DNA of 64,000 bases, taken from sequence record NC_054910.1; one strand, written 5' to 3'. The position numbers and the translations under genes were made by a program. The notes below the pieces were generated by a model. The model was not told the origin of the DNA and made no database searches. It saw only the letters and a program-made list of their open reading frames with translations. This DNA is from Escherichia phage EcNP1. This document shows positions 27,663 through 45,201 of the stretch, in pieces. Position 1 is the first letter of the stretch. Each line of letters starts with the position of its first letter.

Positions 27663-30600
27663 CAGTAAAAGCACCTTCAGTCACTAGTCTCAGAATTTCC
27701 AAGTTATCCGCAAATCAGGTGCAAGTACGCTGGGATGACGTTGGTGCTAATTTCTACTATTTTGTAGAAATCGCTGAGACAAAAACAAACTCGGGGGAAA
27801 ATCTCCCGAGTAATCAATACAGATGGATTAACTTAGGATATACTGCAAATAACAGCTTCTTTTTTGATAATGCTAATCCATTGACATCGTACATTATTAG
27901 AGTAGCTACAGCTGCGCAGGATTTTGAGCAGTCTGATTGGATTTATACCGAAGAGTTTGAAACTTTTGCTACAAACGCTTATACATTTCAAAACATGATT
28001 GAAATGCAATTAGCTAATAAATTCATTCAGGAAAAATTTACTCTTAATAATTCTGACTATGTTAATTTTAATAATGATACTATAATGGCTGCATTGATGA
28101 ATGAATCATTCCAATTCAGCCCATCATATGCTGATGTTTCATCAATAAGTAATTTTATTATTGGTGAAAATGAGTATCATGAAATACAAGGTTCTATTCA
28201 GCAAGTATGTAAGGATATTAATCGAGTTTATTTGATGGAATCAGAAGGGATTCTATATCTTTTTGAGCGTTATCAACCTGTAGTTAAAGTATCCAATGAT
28301 AAAGGTCAAACCTGGAAAGCTGTAAAGCTCTTCAATGACCGTGTAGGATATCCTTTATCTAAGACTGTATATTACCAATCTGCGAGCACAACATACGTTC
28401 TAGGATACGACAAGATTTTCTATGGCCGCAAATCTACTGATGTTAGATGGTCAGCTGATGATGTCAGATTTAGTTCGCAGGATATAACATTCGCTAAACT
28501 TGGTGATCAACTTCATTTGGGATTTGATGTTGAAATCTTTGGTACTTATGCTACATTACCTGCAAATGTGTATCGTATAGCTGAAGCTATTACTTGCACC
28601 GATGATTACATTTACGTTGTCGCCAGAGACAAAGTTAGATACATAAAAACGAGTAATGCACCTATAGATTCTGATCCATTATCTCCAACATATTCGGAAA
28701 GACTTTTTGAACCTGATACAATGACTATAACCGGAAATCCTAAAGCAGTATGCTATAAAATGGATTCTATCGGTGATAAAGTTTTTGCTCTTATTATTGG
28801 TGAAGTTGAAACATTAAATGCTAATCCTAGAACATCAAAAATAATTGATTCTGATGATAAAGGAATATACGTTTTAAATCATGATACAAAAACGTGGAAA
28901 AGAGTTTTTGGCAACACTGAAGAAGAAAGAAGACGTATTCAACCTGGATATGCGAATATGTCAACTGATGGTAAATTAGTTTCTCTGTCTTCGAGTAATT
29001 TTAAATTTTTAAGTGATAACGTTGTTAATGACCCTGAAACTGCAGCGAAATATCAGTTAATCGGTGCTGTTAAATATGAATTTCCTCGTGAATGGCTAGC
29101 CGATAAGCATTATCATATGATGGCATTTATAGCAGATGAAAAATCTGATTGGGAAACTTTTACGCCTCAACCGATGAAATATTATGCAGAACCATTCTTT
29201 AACTGGTCTAAAAAATCTAACACACGTTGTTGGATAAACAACTCTGACAGAGCTGTAGTAGTTTATGCTGATTTAAAATACACCAAAGTTATAGAAAATA
29301 TTCCGGAAACATCGCCAGATAGATTAGTTCATGAATACTGGGATGATGGTGATTGTACGATAGTAATGCCAAATGTTAAATTCACGGGATTTAAAAAATA
29401 TGCGTCTGGGATGCTTTTTTATAAATCTTCTGGTGAAATAATTTCTTACTATGATTTTAACTATCGAGTGAGAGACACGGTTGAAATAATTTGGAAGCCA
29501 ACTGGAATATTTTTAAAAGCATTTTTACAAAATCAAGAGCGTGAAACTCCTTGGTCACCAGAAGAAGAGCATGGATTAGCTGACCCTGATTTAAGACCAT
29601 TGATTGGCACAATGATGCCTGATTCTTATTTATTACAAGATTCAAATTTTGAGGCATTTTGCGAAGCATATATTCAATATCTTTCTGATGGATATGGAAC
29701 TCAGTATAACAATTTACGAAATTTAATTCGTAACAAATATCCACGAGAAGAGCATGCGTGGGAATATTTGTGGTCAGAGATATATAAAAGAAACATTTAT
29801 TTAAATGCTGACAAACGTGATGCTGTTGCAAGATTTTTTGAATCACGTAGCTATGATTTTTATTCTACTAAAGGAATTGAAGCATCATACAAATTTCTTT
29901 TTAAAGTTCTTTATAATGAAGAAGTTGAAATTGAAATTGAATCTGGGGCTGGTACTGAATATGATATAATCATTCAATCTGATTCTTTGACTGAAGACTT
30001 AGTAGGACAAACGATTTATACAGCTACAGGAAGATGTAATGTTACTTATATAGAAAGAAGCTATTCTAATGGTAAATTGCAATGGACCGTAACTATTCAT
30101 AATCTTTTGGGAAGATTAATTGCTGGTCAAGAAGTTAAAGCAGAAAGACTCCCTAGTTTTGAAGGCGAAATTATTCGCGGGGTTAAAGGAAAGGATTTGC
30201 TTCAAAATAATATAGACTATATTAATAGAAGTCGATCATATTATGTAATGAAAATTAAATCCAATTTGCCTTCTTCCCGCTGGAAATCTGACGTTATTCG
30301 TTTTGTTCATCCAGTAGGATTTGGATTTATAGCAATTACTCTTTTAACAATGTTTATTAATGTCGGTTTAACTCTTAAACATACAGAGACTATAATTAAT
30401 AAATACAAAAACTACAAGTGGGATTCTGGATTGCCTACTGAATATGCTGATAGAGTAGCTAAATTAACTCCAACTGGTGAAATTGAACATGATTCAGTAA
30501 CAGGAGAAGCAATTTATGAACCTGGCCCAATGGCTGGTGTAAAATATCCTCTTCCTAATGACTATAATGCTGAAAATAATAATTCAATATTTCAAGGTCA

Positions 30601-30757
30601 ATTGCCTTCTGAACGACGCAAGTTAATGAGTCCTCTATTTGACGCATCTGGAACAACATTTGCACAGTTTAGGGATTTAGTTAATAAACGTCTAAAAGAT
30701 AATATAGGAAATCCAAGAGACCCTGAAAATCCAACACAGGTTAAAATAGATGAATGA
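27659..30757 (+). CDS. 7: baseplate wedge initiator gp7
   Basis: 1032 aa. Confidence 0.9.
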   Translation: MTVKAPSVTSLRISKLSANQVQVRWDDVGANFYYFVEIAETKTNSGENLPSNQYRWINLGYTANNSFFFDNANPLTSYIIRVATAAQDFEQSDWIYTEEFETFATNAYTFQNMIEMQLANKFIQEKFTLNNSDYVNFNNDTIMAALMNESFQFSPSYADVSSISNFIIGENEYHEIQGSIQQVCKDINRVYLMESEGILYLFERYQPVVKVSNDKGQTWKAVKLFNDRVGYPLSKTVYYQSASTTYVLGYDKIFYGRKSTDVRWSADDVRFSSQDITFAKLGDQLHLGFDVEIFGTYATLPANVYRIAEAITCTDDYIYVVARDKVRYIKTSNAPIDSDPLSPTYSERLFEPDTMTITGNPKAVCYKMDSIGDKVFALIIGEVETLNANPRTSKIIDSDDKGIYVLNHDTKTWKRVFGNTEEERRRIQPGYANMSTDGKLVSLSSSNFKFLSDNVVNDPETAAKYQLIGAVKYEFPREWLADKHYHMMAFIADEKSDWETFTPQPMKYYAEPFFNWSKKSNTRCWINNSDRAVVVYADLKYTKVIENIPETSPDRLVHEYWDDGDCTIVMPNVKFTGFKKYASGMLFYKSSGEIISYYDFNYRVRDTVEIIWKPTGIFLKAFLQNQERETPWSPEEEHGLADPDLRPLIGTMMPDSYLLQDSNFEAFCEAYIQYLSDGYGTQYNNLRNLIRNKYPREEHAWEYLWSEIYKRNIYLNADKRDAVARFFESRSYDFYSTKGIEASYKFLFKVLYNEEVEIEIESGAGTEYDIIIQSDSLTEDLVGQTIYTATGRCNVTYIERSYSNGKLQWTVTIHNLLGRLIAGQEVKAERLPSFEGEIIRGVKGKDLLQNNIDYINRSRSYYVMKIKSNLPSSRWKSDVIRFVHPVGFGFIAITLLTMFINVGLTLKHTETIINKYKNYKWDSGLPTEYADRVAKLTPTGEIEHDSVTGEAIYEPGPMAGVKYPLPNDYNAENNNSIFQGQLPSERRKLMSPLFDASGTTFAQFRDLVNKRLKDNIGNPRDPENPTQVKIDE

Positions 30758-31754
30758 TTCAAGTGTTATCTATCGTGCGATAGTTACTTCAAAATTTAGA
30801 ACAGAAAAAATGTTGAATTTTTATAATTCAATTGGAAGTGGTCCGGATAAAAACACTATCTTTATTACATTTGGAAGATCAGAACCGTGGTCATCAAACG
30901 AAAATGAGGTGGGATTTGCCCCACCTTATCCCACCGATTCTGTATTAGGTGTAACTGACATGTGGACTCATATGATGGGAACCGTGAAGGTTCTTCCATC
31001 TATGCTTGATGCAGTTATTCCTCGTCGAGATTGGGGAGATACTAGATATCCGGATCCATACACATTTAGAATTAACGATATTGTAGTGTGTAACTCAGCT
31101 CCTTACAACGCTACCGAATCAGGCGCAGGCTGGTTAGTATATCGTTGTTTAGATGTTCCTGATACCGGAATGTGCTCAATTGAGTCTTTAACTAATAAGG
31201 ATGAATGCCTTAAGCTAGGTGGAAAATGGACTCCTTCTGTTAGGTCAATGACTCCTCCTGAAGGTCGAGGAGACGCGGAAGGAACAATCGAACCTGGAGA
31301 CGGGTATGTATGGGAATATCTTTTTGAGATTCCGCCTGATGTATCTATAAACAGATGCACGAATGAATATATCGTGGTTCCTTGGCCTGAGGAATTAAAA
31401 GAAGATCCGACTAGATGGGGGTATGAAGATAACCTCACTTGGCAGCAAGATGATTTTGGATTAATTTACCGGGTTAAGGCAAATACTATTCGTTTTAAAG
31501 CATACTTAGATTCAGTTTATTTTCCTGAAGCTGCATTGCCAGGAAATAAAGGATTTAGACAAATATCGATAATCACGAATCCTCTTGAAGCTAAAGTTCA
31601 TCCAAATGACCCAAACGTTAAAGCTGAAAAGGATTACTATGATCCGGAAGATTTAATGAGGCATTCGGGCGAAATGATTTATATGGAAAATAGGCCACCT
31701 ATTATTATGGCAATGGATCAAACAGAAGAAATCAATATTCTGTTTACATTTTAA
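30750..31754 (+). CDS. 8: baseplate wedge protein gp8
   Basis: 334 aa. Confidence 0.9.
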   Translation: MNDSSVIYRAIVTSKFRTEKMLNFYNSIGSGPDKNTIFITFGRSEPWSSNENEVGFAPPYPTDSVLGVTDMWTHMMGTVKVLPSMLDAVIPRRDWGDTRYPDPYTFRINDIVVCNSAPYNATESGAGWLVYRCLDVPDTGMCSIESLTNKDECLKLGGKWTPSVRSMTPPEGRGDAEGTIEPGDGYVWEYLFEIPPDVSINRCTNEYIVVPWPEELKEDPTRWGYEDNLTWQQDDFGLIYRVKANTIRFKAYLDSVYFPEAALPGNKGFRQISIITNPLEAKVHPNDPNVKAEKDYYDPEDLMRHSGEMIYMENRPPIIMAMDQTEEINILFTF

Positions 31755-31759
31755 ATTAA

Positions 31760-31783
31760 GGGAGCCCATGGGCTCCCTTTTTC
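31760..31783 (+). terminator. rho-independent terminator
   Basis: GGGAGCCC-AU-GGGCUCCC hairpin followed by UUUUUC. Confidence 0.7.
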
Positions 31784-31785
31784 TT

Positions 31786-31793
31786 TATAAATA
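31786..31793 (+). promoter_or_regulatory. late promoter TATAAATA (gene 9)
   Basis: TATAAATA 25 nt upstream of the gp9 ATG. Confidence 0.6.
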
Positions 31794-31817
31794 CTATAAA
31801 CTCATAAGGAAACCGCT

Positions 31818-32684
31818 ATGTTCATTCAAGAACCAAAGAAATTGATTGATACCGGCGAAATTGGTAACGCTTCTACTGGTGATATCTTATTCGACGGTGG
31901 TAATAAAATTAATAGTGATTTTAACGCAATTTATAACGCGTTTGGCGATCAGCGTAAAATGGCAGTAGCAAATGGCACTGGTGCTAACGGCCAAATTATC
32001 CATGCTACTGGATATTATCAAAAGCATTCTATCACAGAGTACGCAACTCCGGTGAAAGTTGGTACTAGACATGATATTGATACCTCTACTGTTGGTGTTA
32101 AAGTTATCATTGAAAGAGGCGAACTTGGCGACTGCGTTGAATTTATTAACTCAAATGGATCAATATCAGTTACTAATCCTTTAACGATTCAAGCTATTGA
32201 TTCAATTAAAGGCGTTTCAGGTAATTTGGTAGTAACTAGCCCATATAGTAAAGTAACTTTGCGCTGTATTTCATCTGATAATTCTACGTCAGTTTGGAAT
32301 TATTCTATTGAAAGTATGTTTGGCCAAAAGGAATCACCGGCCGAAGGTACATGGAATATTTCTACGTCTGGATCAGTTGACATTCCGCTATTTCATCGTA
32401 CTGAATATAACATGGCTAAATTGTTAGTTACATGCCAATCAGTAGATGGAAGAAAAATTAAAACAGCAGAAATAAATATTCTTGTAGATACTGTTAATTC
32501 AGAGGTCATTTCTTCTGAATATGCTGTCATGCGAGTTGGGAATGAAACCGAAGAAGACGAAATCGCTAATATTGCATTTAGTATTAAAACAAATTATGTA
32601 ACAGCGACTATAAGTTCTTCAACTGTCGGTATGAGAGCAGCAGTTAAAGTTATCGCTACGCAGAAAATCGGGGTGGCTCAATAA
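31818..32684 (+). CDS. 9: baseplate wedge / long tail fibre socket gp9
   Basis: 288 aa. Confidence 0.9.
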   Translation: MFIQEPKKLIDTGEIGNASTGDILFDGGNKINSDFNAIYNAFGDQRKMAVANGTGANGQIIHATGYYQKHSITEYATPVKVGTRHDIDTSTVGVKVIIERGELGDCVEFINSNGSISVTNPLTIQAIDSIKGVSGNLVVTSPYSKVTLRCISSDNSTSVWNYSIESMFGQKESPAEGTWNISTSGSVDIPLFHRTEYNMAKLLVTCQSVDGRKIKTAEINILVDTVNSEVISSEYAVMRVGNETEEDEIANIAFSIKTNYVTATISSSTVGMRAAVKVIATQKIGVAQ

Positions 32685-34489
32685 TGAAACAAAATATTAA
32701 TATCGGTAATGTTGTTGATGATGGTACCGGTGACTACCTGCGTAAAGGTGGTATAAAAATAAATGAAAACTTTGATGAACTTTATTATGAACTTGGTGAT
32801 GGAGATGTTCCATATTCAGCCGGTGCCTGGAAAACTTATAATGCTTCATCTGGACAAACACTAACGGCAGAATGGGGAAAATCATATGCCATTAATACTT
32901 CGTCTGGAAGAGTAACTCTACAACTTCCTAAAGGAACTGTTAATGATTACAACAAGGTAATTAGAGCTAGAGACGTATTCGCTACATGGAACATCAATCC
33001 AGTTACTTTAGTAGCTGCTTCCGGAGATACAATTAAAGGGTCGTCATCATCGGTTGAAATTAATGTTCAATTTAGTGATTTAGAGTTAGTTTATTGCGCT
33101 CCAGGACGTTGGGAATATGTCAAAAACAAACAAATTGACAAAATTGTTAGTTCAGATATTAGTAATGTAGCTCGCAAAGAATTTTTAGTCGAAGTTCAAG
33201 GACAAACAGACTTTTTAGATGTTTTTCATGGAACTAGTTATAATGTCAATAACATCAGAGTAAAACATCGTGGTAACGAATTATATTACGGCGATGTATT
33301 TAGTGAAAACAGTGACTTTGGCTCTCCAGGGGAAAATGAAGGAGAACTAATTCCTCTCGATGGATTTAATATTAGACTAAGACAGCCATGTAATATTGGT
33401 GACACCGTTCAAATTGAAACATTTATGGATGGTGTATCACAATGGAGAAGTTCATATACAAGACGCCAAATAAAAGTACTAGATTCAAAACTAACATCAA
33501 AGACTTCATTAGAAGGAAGTATTTACGTTACTGATTTATCGGCGATGAAATCAATTCCATTTTCTGCATTTGGATTAATTCCTGGTGAACCCATTAATCC
33601 TAACTCTCTTGAGGTTCGTTTTAATGGAATTTTACAGCAGCAGGCTGGAACAGCTGGATATCCTCTGTTTTTGTGTGAAGGCGCTAGTTCAGATACACAA
33701 GAAGGATGTATATCTCTTGGTGGCGAATGGAAAGAATCAAACACAGATTATTCTATAGAATATGAAGATGGAAAACCTACCAGTCTTTTATTTGATAGAA
33801 AATTTGAATCAGGTGATATAATCGTTATAACGTGGTTCAATAATGATTTAGGAACTCTTTTAGAAAAAGATGACATCATTGAATTGACTGATGACCGTTA
33901 TGTTAGTAAAGGATCATCTACTGAAGTTACTGGTGATGTAGCCTTAACGGATTTTGATAAAATCGGTTGGCCAAATGTTGAAAAAGTTGATTCTTATACT
34001 AGAACGTATAATTCAATATCATCTATTTTCGATAGCATTTATCCTGTAGGTTCAATTTATGAAAATGCTATAAATCCAAATAATCCGGTGACTTATATGG
34101 GATTTGGTTCATGGAAATTATTTGGTAAAGGACAAGTTTTAGTAGGATGGAATGATGATGTTACGGATCCAAACTTTGCTTTAAACAATAATGATTTAGA
34201 TTCTAGCGGAAATCCTTCACATACTGCCGGTGGAACAGTTGGAACAACAACGGTGACACTTGAAAACGCAAATCTTCCTGCAACTAAAACCGACGAAAGA
34301 GTTTTAATTGAAGACGAAAATGGATCGGTTATTATTGGGGGTTGCCAATATGACCCAGATGAAACTGGTCCTATATATACAAAATACCGTGAAGATTACG
34401 CAACAACAAACTCTTCACATACTCCTCCTGCTAATATTAGTAATATTCAACCGTCTATTACTGTATACCGTTGGATAAGGATTGCATAA
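32684..34489 (+). CDS. 10: baseplate wedge protein gp10
   Basis: 601 aa. Confidence 0.9.
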   Translation: MKQNINIGNVVDDGTGDYLRKGGIKINENFDELYYELGDGDVPYSAGAWKTYNASSGQTLTAEWGKSYAINTSSGRVTLQLPKGTVNDYNKVIRARDVFATWNINPVTLVAASGDTIKGSSSSVEINVQFSDLELVYCAPGRWEYVKNKQIDKIVSSDISNVARKEFLVEVQGQTDFLDVFHGTSYNVNNIRVKHRGNELYYGDVFSENSDFGSPGENEGELIPLDGFNIRLRQPCNIGDTVQIETFMDGVSQWRSSYTRRQIKVLDSKLTSKTSLEGSIYVTDLSAMKSIPFSAFGLIPGEPINPNSLEVRFNGILQQQAGTAGYPLFLCEGASSDTQEGCISLGGEWKESNTDYSIEYEDGKPTSLLFDRKFESGDIIVITWFNNDLGTLLEKDDIIELTDDRYVSKGSSTEVTGDVALTDFDKIGWPNVEKVDSYTRTYNSISSIFDSIYPVGSIYENAINPNNPVTYMGFGSWKLFGKGQVLVGWNDDVTDPNFALNNNDLDSSGNPSHTAGGTVGTTTVTLENANLPATKTDERVLIEDENGSVIIGGCQYDPDETGPIYTKYREDYATTNSSHTPPANISNIQPSITVYRWIRIA

Positions 34490-35148
34490 TGAGTTTACTT
34501 AATAATAAAGCGGGAGTTATTTCCCGCTTAGCAGATTTTCTTGGTTTTAGAACTAAGAAAAATGATATTTCGGTTATGAATAATCAGCCAGTAGGCGCTG
34601 TAACAATTTCACAAATAGCAAAAGGTTTTTATGACCCAAATGTAGAATCTGCTATCAATGATGTTAGAAATATGGCAGAGCAACAGGTTGGAGCTGTATT
34701 AGTTAATATAAGCGGCGTATCTCCTACTGGCGTGCAACAAACAGACTACTGGTCATTTGAAGGAACCGTTACTGATACTTCAGCCAAACCAGGTGATCCA
34801 GTTATTGTTAACATGTTTGGTATTCCAGTTAAAGCTACTAATGGAATGACTTCAATCGAATTTACTAGTGCCGTTAGAGTAGCTCTACAGGAAATGGTTG
34901 TAAAATTTATTGCAATTGATTCATTTGAAGACCATCCTACCATAGGAAATAAAATACAAGTTAAGTATTTAGATAACCAAGAACATATCTTAGAACAATA
35001 CTCTGATAAAGGAATTACTTTCAAACAGGAAATAATTTCTCCTTCTAAACCTGGGTACGGAACTTGGCAATTATTAGGTGCGCAAACTGTTACGCTAGAT
35101 AGTCACACACAACCTACAGTATTTTATTATTTTGAGAGAGTAGCATGA
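34489..35148 (+). CDS. 11: baseplate wedge / short-fibre connector gp11
   Basis: 219 aa from [20 protein letters not shown]...; track ORF has a 6-codon extension. Confidence 0.9.
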   Translation: MSLLNNKAGVISRLADFLGFRTKKNDISVMNNQPVGAVTISQIAKGFYDPNVESAINDVRNMAEQQVGAVLVNISGVSPTGVQQTDYWSFEGTVTDTSAKPGDPVIVNMFGIPVKATNGMTSIEFTSAVRVALQEMVVKFIAIDSFEDHPTIGNKIQVKYLDNQEHILEQYSDKGITFKQEIISPSKPGYGTWQLLGAQTVTLDSHTQPTVFYYFERVA

Positions 35149-36695
35149 GTAACAATACATATCAGCACGTATCAAATGAATCAAAATATGTTAAATTCGA
35201 TCCTACTGGATCGAATTTTCCTAACACTGTTACGACAGTGCAGTCTGCATTATCAAAAATAAGTAATATCGGCGTAAATGGTATTCCTGATGCAACTATG
35301 GAAGTTAAAGGAATAGCAATGATTGCGTCAGAACAAGAGGTTTTAGATGGAACTAATAATTCTAAAATCGTTACGCCAGCTACATTAGCAACAAGGTTAT
35401 TATACCCAAATGCTACTGAAACTAAATATGGTTTAACGCGTTATTCAACAAATGAAGAAACGTTAGAAGGCTCAGATAATAATTCATCAATAACGCCGCA
35501 AAAACTGAAATACCATACTGACGATGTGTTCCAAAATAGATATTCGTCTGAGTCATCAAACGGGGTTATTAAAATATCATCTACACCTGCAGCTTTGGCC
35601 GGCGTAGATGATACTACGGCAATGACTCCATTAAAAACCCAAAAACTTGCAATAAAATTAATTTCACAAATAGCTCCGTCAGAAGACACTGCAACAGAAT
35701 CGGTGAGAGGAGTAGTTCAATTATCTACTGTTGCGCAAACTCGTCAAGGAACTCTCCGCGAAGGATATGCAATTTCCCCGTATACCTTTATGAATTCTGT
35801 TGCAACAGATGAATATAGGGGTGTTATACGTTTAGGAACACAGACTGAAATTAATAATAATTTGGGGGGTGTTGCAGTAACAGGTGAAACACTAAATGGT
35901 CGAGGAGCTACCGGTTCTATGCGTGGAGTAGTTAAATTAACGACGCAAGCCGGTATTGCCCCTGAAGGTGATAGTTCTGGAGCATTAGCATGGAACGCAG
36001 ATGTAATTAATACTCGTGGTGGACAAACTATTAATGGTTCTTTAAATTTAGACCATCTTACAGCAAACGGAATTTGGTCGCGTGGTGGAATGTGGAAAAA
36101 TGGCGATCAACCTGTTGCCACTGAAAGATATGCGTCCGAAAGAATTCCAGTTGGGACTATTATGATGTTTGCAGGTGATTCAGCACCTCCAGGTTGGTCT
36201 ATGTGTCACGGTGGAACCGTGTCAGGTGACCAATTTCCTGATTATAGAAACGTAGTTGGAACAAGATTTGGTGGTGATTGGAATAATCCTGGTATTCCTG
36301 ATATGCGAGGTCTTTTCGTCAGAGGAGCCGGCACAGGCGGTCATATTTTAAATCAACGAGGACAAGATGGTTATGGAAAGGATAGACTTGGCGTAGGATG
36401 TGACGGAATGCATGTTGGTGGTGTCCAGGCACAACAAATGTCATACCATAAACACGCCGGTGGTTGGGGAGAATATAACAGAAGTGAAGGCCCATTTGGC
36501 GCGTCAGTTTATCAAGGATATCTTGGAACTAGAAAATATTCCGACTGGGATAATGCTTCATACTTCACTAATGATGGATTTGAATTAGGTGGACCGAGAG
36601 ATGCTCATGGTACACTTAATCGTGAAGGATTAATTGGTTATGAAACTAGACCATGGAATATATCATTAAACTATATTATTAAAGTTCATTACTAA
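35145..36695 (+). CDS. 12: short tail fibre gp12
   Basis: 516 aa. Confidence 0.9.
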   Translation: MSNNTYQHVSNESKYVKFDPTGSNFPNTVTTVQSALSKISNIGVNGIPDATMEVKGIAMIASEQEVLDGTNNSKIVTPATLATRLLYPNATETKYGLTRYSTNEETLEGSDNNSSITPQKLKYHTDDVFQNRYSSESSNGVIKISSTPAALAGVDDTTAMTPLKTQKLAIKLISQIAPSEDTATESVRGVVQLSTVAQTRQGTLREGYAISPYTFMNSVATDEYRGVIRLGTQTEINNNLGGVAVTGETLNGRGATGSMRGVVKLTTQAGIAPEGDSSGALAWNADVINTRGGQTINGSLNLDHLTANGIWSRGGMWKNGDQPVATERYASERIPVGTIMMFAGDSAPPGWSMCHGGTVSGDQFPDYRNVVGTRFGGDWNNPGIPDMRGLFVRGAGTGGHILNQRGQDGYGKDRLGVGCDGMHVGGVQAQQMSYHKHAGGWGEYNRSEGPFGASVYQGYLGTRKYSDWDNASYFTNDGFELGGPRDAHGTLNREGLIGYETRPWNISLNYIIKVHY

Positions 36696-36704
36696 GGATT
36701 ACAA

Positions 36705-38162
36705 ATGATTGAATTAAAAGAGTTACCTTTTGTTGATAGCGTTCCTGACGAAGGTCAGGAACGTATTTCATGGATTAAAAATGGTGAAGAAATATTAGGA
36801 GCTAGTACTAAGTATGGAAATGATGGATCAATGAATAGACCAATTGTTTCCGTGTTTAAAAACGTCGAAGTTCTTGATGAAAATGTGGGAATTCTTAAAA
36901 CTGCCATTGAAACATCACAGAAAGATATTAAAACAATTCAAGGAGTTTTAGATGTATCAGGAGATATAGAAGCACTATCGCAGATCAGTGTTAATAAAAA
37001 TGACATATCGAATTTAAAGACACTTACTAGTGAACACACTGATATATTAACTGGAACTAATAATACAGTTGACAAAATTATTGCTGATATAGGTCCATTT
37101 AATGATGAAGAAAACTCTGTTTATAGAACAATTAGAAATGATTTACTGTGGATTAAACAGGAATTAGGACAATATTCTGGCCAAGACATTAACGGTCTTC
37201 CTGTTGTTGGTAATGCTAGCACAGGAATGAAACACAGAATAATAACAAATAGTACATTATTATCTTCACAAGGCATTCGTTTAAGCGAATTAGAAAATAA
37301 ATTTACTGAATCTGACGTAGGATCATTGACTGTTGAAGTTGGTAAATTACGTGATGAACTTGGTAATAAACCGGTAGATTTTGGACCAAATATTTATAAT
37401 AGATTAAACACTATAGATGATAAACAAACTTTAATAAATTCTGATATAGCAGAAATTAAATCTTCTATTGGATACCCAGAAAATGTTTCTATAATAACAG
37501 AAATTAATAATAACAAAAGTAGCATTGAAGCTATTAATAATGAATTAAATCAGAGTGAAGGTGTTAAACAACGCTTAACGGCTATTGAAACTTCTATCGG
37601 TTCAGATGATATTCCTTCTAGTATTAAAGGAAAAATTAAAAATCACACAACTTCTATTGAGTCTTTAAACGGAATTGTTGGTGAAAACACTTCGTCTGGT
37701 TTAAGAGCGAATGTTTCGTGGTTAAATCAAATTGTTGGAACTGACTCCAGCGGAGGACAACCGTCTCCTTCTGGATCTCTATTAAATAAAGTTTCAGTGC
37801 TTGAAGGAGAAGTTTCAGTTTTAAACAATAATGTTCAAAATATACAAGTTGAAATAGGAAATAATAGAACAGGAATTAAAGGTCAAGTTATTGAACTTAC
37901 TTCACTTATAAATGGAAATAATCCTGACGGATCAACTGTTGAAGAACGAGGATTAACTAATTCTGTAAAAACGAATGAAACCAACATTGCGGCAGTTACA
38001 CATGAAGTAAATACAGCTAAAGACAATATATCCTCTTTACAGAGCAGCGTTCAAGCTCTACAAGAAGCAGGTTATATTCCTGAAGCTCCAAAAGATGGCC
38101 AAGCTTACGTTCGTAAAGACGGCGAATGGGTACTACTTTCTACCTTTTTATCACCAGCATAA
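36705..38162 (+). CDS. wac: fibritin (whisker)
   Basis: 485 aa, coiled coil, C-terminal foldon-like [27 protein letters not shown]. Confidence 0.9.
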   Translation: MIELKELPFVDSVPDEGQERISWIKNGEEILGASTKYGNDGSMNRPIVSVFKNVEVLDENVGILKTAIETSQKDIKTIQGVLDVSGDIEALSQISVNKNDISNLKTLTSEHTDILTGTNNTVDKIIADIGPFNDEENSVYRTIRNDLLWIKQELGQYSGQDINGLPVVGNASTGMKHRIITNSTLLSSQGIRLSELENKFTESDVGSLTVEVGKLRDELGNKPVDFGPNIYNRLNTIDDKQTLINSDIAEIKSSIGYPENVSIITEINNNKSSIEAINNELNQSEGVKQRLTAIETSIGSDDIPSSIKGKIKNHTTSIESLNGIVGENTSSGLRANVSWLNQIVGTDSSGGQPSPSGSLLNKVSVLEGEVSVLNNNVQNIQVEIGNNRTGIKGQVIELTSLINGNNPDGSTVEERGLTNSVKTNETNIAAVTHEVNTAKDNISSLQSSVQALQEAGYIPEAPKDGQAYVRKDGEWVLLSTFLSPA

Positions 38163-38165
38163 CAT

Positions 38166-38181
38166 GGGGCCGCAAGGCCCC
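38166..38181 (+). terminator. GGGGCC-GCAA-GGCCCC hairpin
   Basis: stable GNRA hairpin between wac and gene 13; no U-run, may be a stability or processing element. Confidence 0.4.
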
Positions 38182-38193
38182 AAAGGATTTTAA

Positions 38194-39895
<1,702 letters not shown>

Positions 39896-39936
39896 TAAAT
39901 ATTATAAACTAATTAAAGCCCAGATTAGGAGAAATC

Positions 39937-43077
<3,141 letters not shown>

Positions 43078-43105
43078 TATTAAAGCATATTAAAGAGGAT
43101 TAAAA

Positions 43106-45085
43106 ATGACTTTATTATCTCCGGGCATTGAGCTCAAAGAAACTACGGTTCAAAGCACCGTGGTTAATAACTCTACTGGTACAGCAGCTTTGGCCGGTAA
43201 ATTCCAGTGGGGTCCTGCTTTTCAGATTAAACAGGTTACAAATGAAGTAGATTTAGTTAATACTTTTGGTCAACCTACAGCTGAAACTGCTGACTATTTT
43301 ATGTCTGCAATGAATTTCTTACAATATGGAAATGATTTGCGAGTTGTGCGTGCTGTCGATAGAGATACCGCTAAAAACTCATCTCCGATTGCTGGTAATA
43401 TTGAATACACTATTTCTACCCCAGGTAGTAACTACGCGGTTGGAGATAAAATCACAGTTAAGTATGTTTCAGAAGACATTGAAACGGAAGGTAAAATTAC
43501 CGAAGTAGATGCTGATGGAAAAATTAAGAAAATTAATATTCCTACTGCAAAAATTATCGCTAAAGCGAAAGAAGTTGGTGAATATCCAGAACTAGGTTCT
43601 AACTGGACCGCGGAAATTTCTTCGTCTTCATCTGGTTTAGCTGCAGTAATAACTCTTGGAAAAATTATTACTGATTCTGGTATTTTATTAGCTGAAATTG
43701 AAAATGCCGAAGCTGCTATGACAGCGGTTGAATTTCAAACAAATCTCGAAAAATATGGAATTCCAGGAGTAGTAGCTCTTTATCCAGGCGAGTTGGGCGA
43801 TAAAATCGAAATCGAAATCGTATCTAAAGCTGACTACGCAAAAGGAGCTTCTGCATTACTCCCAATTTATCCAGGTGGCGGAACACGCGCATCTACTGCT
43901 AAGGCAGTGTTTGGATATGGACCACAAACTGATTCACAATACGCTATTATAGTTCGCCGTAATGATGCTATTGTTCAAAGTATTGTTCTTTCAACAAAGC
44001 GTGGTGAAAAAGATATTTACGATAGTAACATCTACATTGATGACTTTTTCGCAAAAGGCGGTTCAGAATATATTTTCGCAACTGCACAAAACTGGCCAGA
44101 AGGCTTCTCCGGAATTTTAACTCTGTCTGGTGGATTATCATCAAATGCTGAAGTAACAGCAGGAGATTTGATGGAAGCCTGGGACTTCTTTGCTGACCGT
44201 GAATCTGTTGACGTTCAGTTGTTTATTGCGGGTTCTTGTGCCGGTGAATCTTTAGAAACAGCATCTACTGTCCAAAAACACGTCGTTTCAATTGGGGATG
44301 CTCGTCAAGATTGCTTAGTATTATGCTCACCACCGCGTGAAACTGTAGTTGGAATTCCTGTAACTCGCGCTGTTGATAACTTAGTCAATTGGAGAACTGC
44401 AACAGGTTCATACACTGATAATAACTTTAATATCAGTTCAACCTACGCAGCAATTGATGGTAACTACAAGTATCAGTATGACAAATATAATGATGTGAAT
44501 CGTTGGGTTCCATTAGCAGCTGATATTGCTGGTTTATGTGCAAGAACCGATAACGTTTCTCAGACTTGGATGTCTCCAGCTGGTTATAATCGTGGCCAGA
44601 TTCTTAACGTTATTAAACTTGCTATTGAAACTCGCCAGGCGCAGCGCGACCGTTTATACCAAGAAGCTATCAACCCGGTAACCGGTACAGGTGGTGATGG
44701 TTACGTATTGTATGGCGATAAAACAGCTACTTCTGTTCCTTCTCCATTTGATCGTATTAACGTTCGTCGTCTGTTTAATATGTTGAAAACGAATATCGGA
44801 CGTAGTTCAAAATATCGTTTGTTCGAATTAAACAACGCGTTTACTCGTTCATCATTCCGCACAGAAACTGCCCAATACTTACAGGGAATTAAAGCTCTCG
44901 GTGGAATTTATGAATATCGTGTAGTTTGCGATACAACAAATAACACTCCGTCAGTAATTGATAGAAATGAGTTTGTTGCAACATTCTACATCCAACCGGC
45001 TAGAAGCATTAACTACATTACCTTGAACTTCGTAGCAACTGCTACAGGTGCAGATTTCGATGAGTTAACTGGTCTTGCAGGTTAA
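43106..45085 (+). CDS. 18: tail sheath protein gp18
   Basis: 659 aa. Confidence 0.95.
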   Translation: MTLLSPGIELKETTVQSTVVNNSTGTAALAGKFQWGPAFQIKQVTNEVDLVNTFGQPTAETADYFMSAMNFLQYGNDLRVVRAVDRDTAKNSSPIAGNIEYTISTPGSNYAVGDKITVKYVSEDIETEGKITEVDADGKIKKINIPTAKIIAKAKEVGEYPELGSNWTAEISSSSSGLAAVITLGKIITDSGILLAEIENAEAAMTAVEFQTNLEKYGIPGVVALYPGELGDKIEIEIVSKADYAKGASALLPIYPGGGTRASTAKAVFGYGPQTDSQYAIIVRRNDAIVQSIVLSTKRGEKDIYDSNIYIDDFFAKGGSEYIFATAQNWPEGFSGILTLSGGLSSNAEVTAGDLMEAWDFFADRESVDVQLFIAGSCAGESLETASTVQKHVVSIGDARQDCLVLCSPPRETVVGIPVTRAVDNLVNWRTATGSYTDNNFNISSTYAAIDGNYKYQYDKYNDVNRWVPLAADIAGLCARTDNVSQTWMSPAGYNRGQILNVIKLAIETRQAQRDRLYQEAINPVTGTGGDGYVLYGDKTATSVPSPFDRINVRRLFNMLKTNIGRSSKYRLFELNNAFTRSSFRTETAQYLQGIKALGGIYEYRVVCDTTNNTPSVIDRNEFVATFYIQPARSINYITLNFVATATGADFDELTGLAG

Positions 45086-45120
45086 TACGGTGCATTCTAA
45101 AGGCCTGTTTCGGCAGGCCA

Positions 45121-45128
45121 TATAAATA
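45121..45128 (+). promoter_or_regulatory. late promoter TATAAATA
   Basis: first of two TATAAATA boxes upstream of gene 19 (second at 45180..45187). Confidence 0.5.
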
Positions 45129-45201
45129 CACTATATCCTTAATTCTTTAATTCTATATGCCCTAGGTTAAACATAGGGATATAAATACTACAGAGGCTAA
45201 T

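Noticed and set aside
29457-29846. 129-aa antisense ORF inside gene 7; similar antisense or alternate-frame ORFs at 23373..23573, 24248..24448, 25387..25605, 25445..25678, 27188..27442, 31103..31438, 33523..33744, 34746..35024, 35441..35689, 47302..47553, 47604..47855, 48839..49183, 49692..50096, 55285..55861, 56476..56737, 63602..63910
   Set aside because: All lie wholly within long, well-supported structural or replication genes on the other strand or frame, lack SD sequences and have low-complexity composition; treated as chance ORFs.
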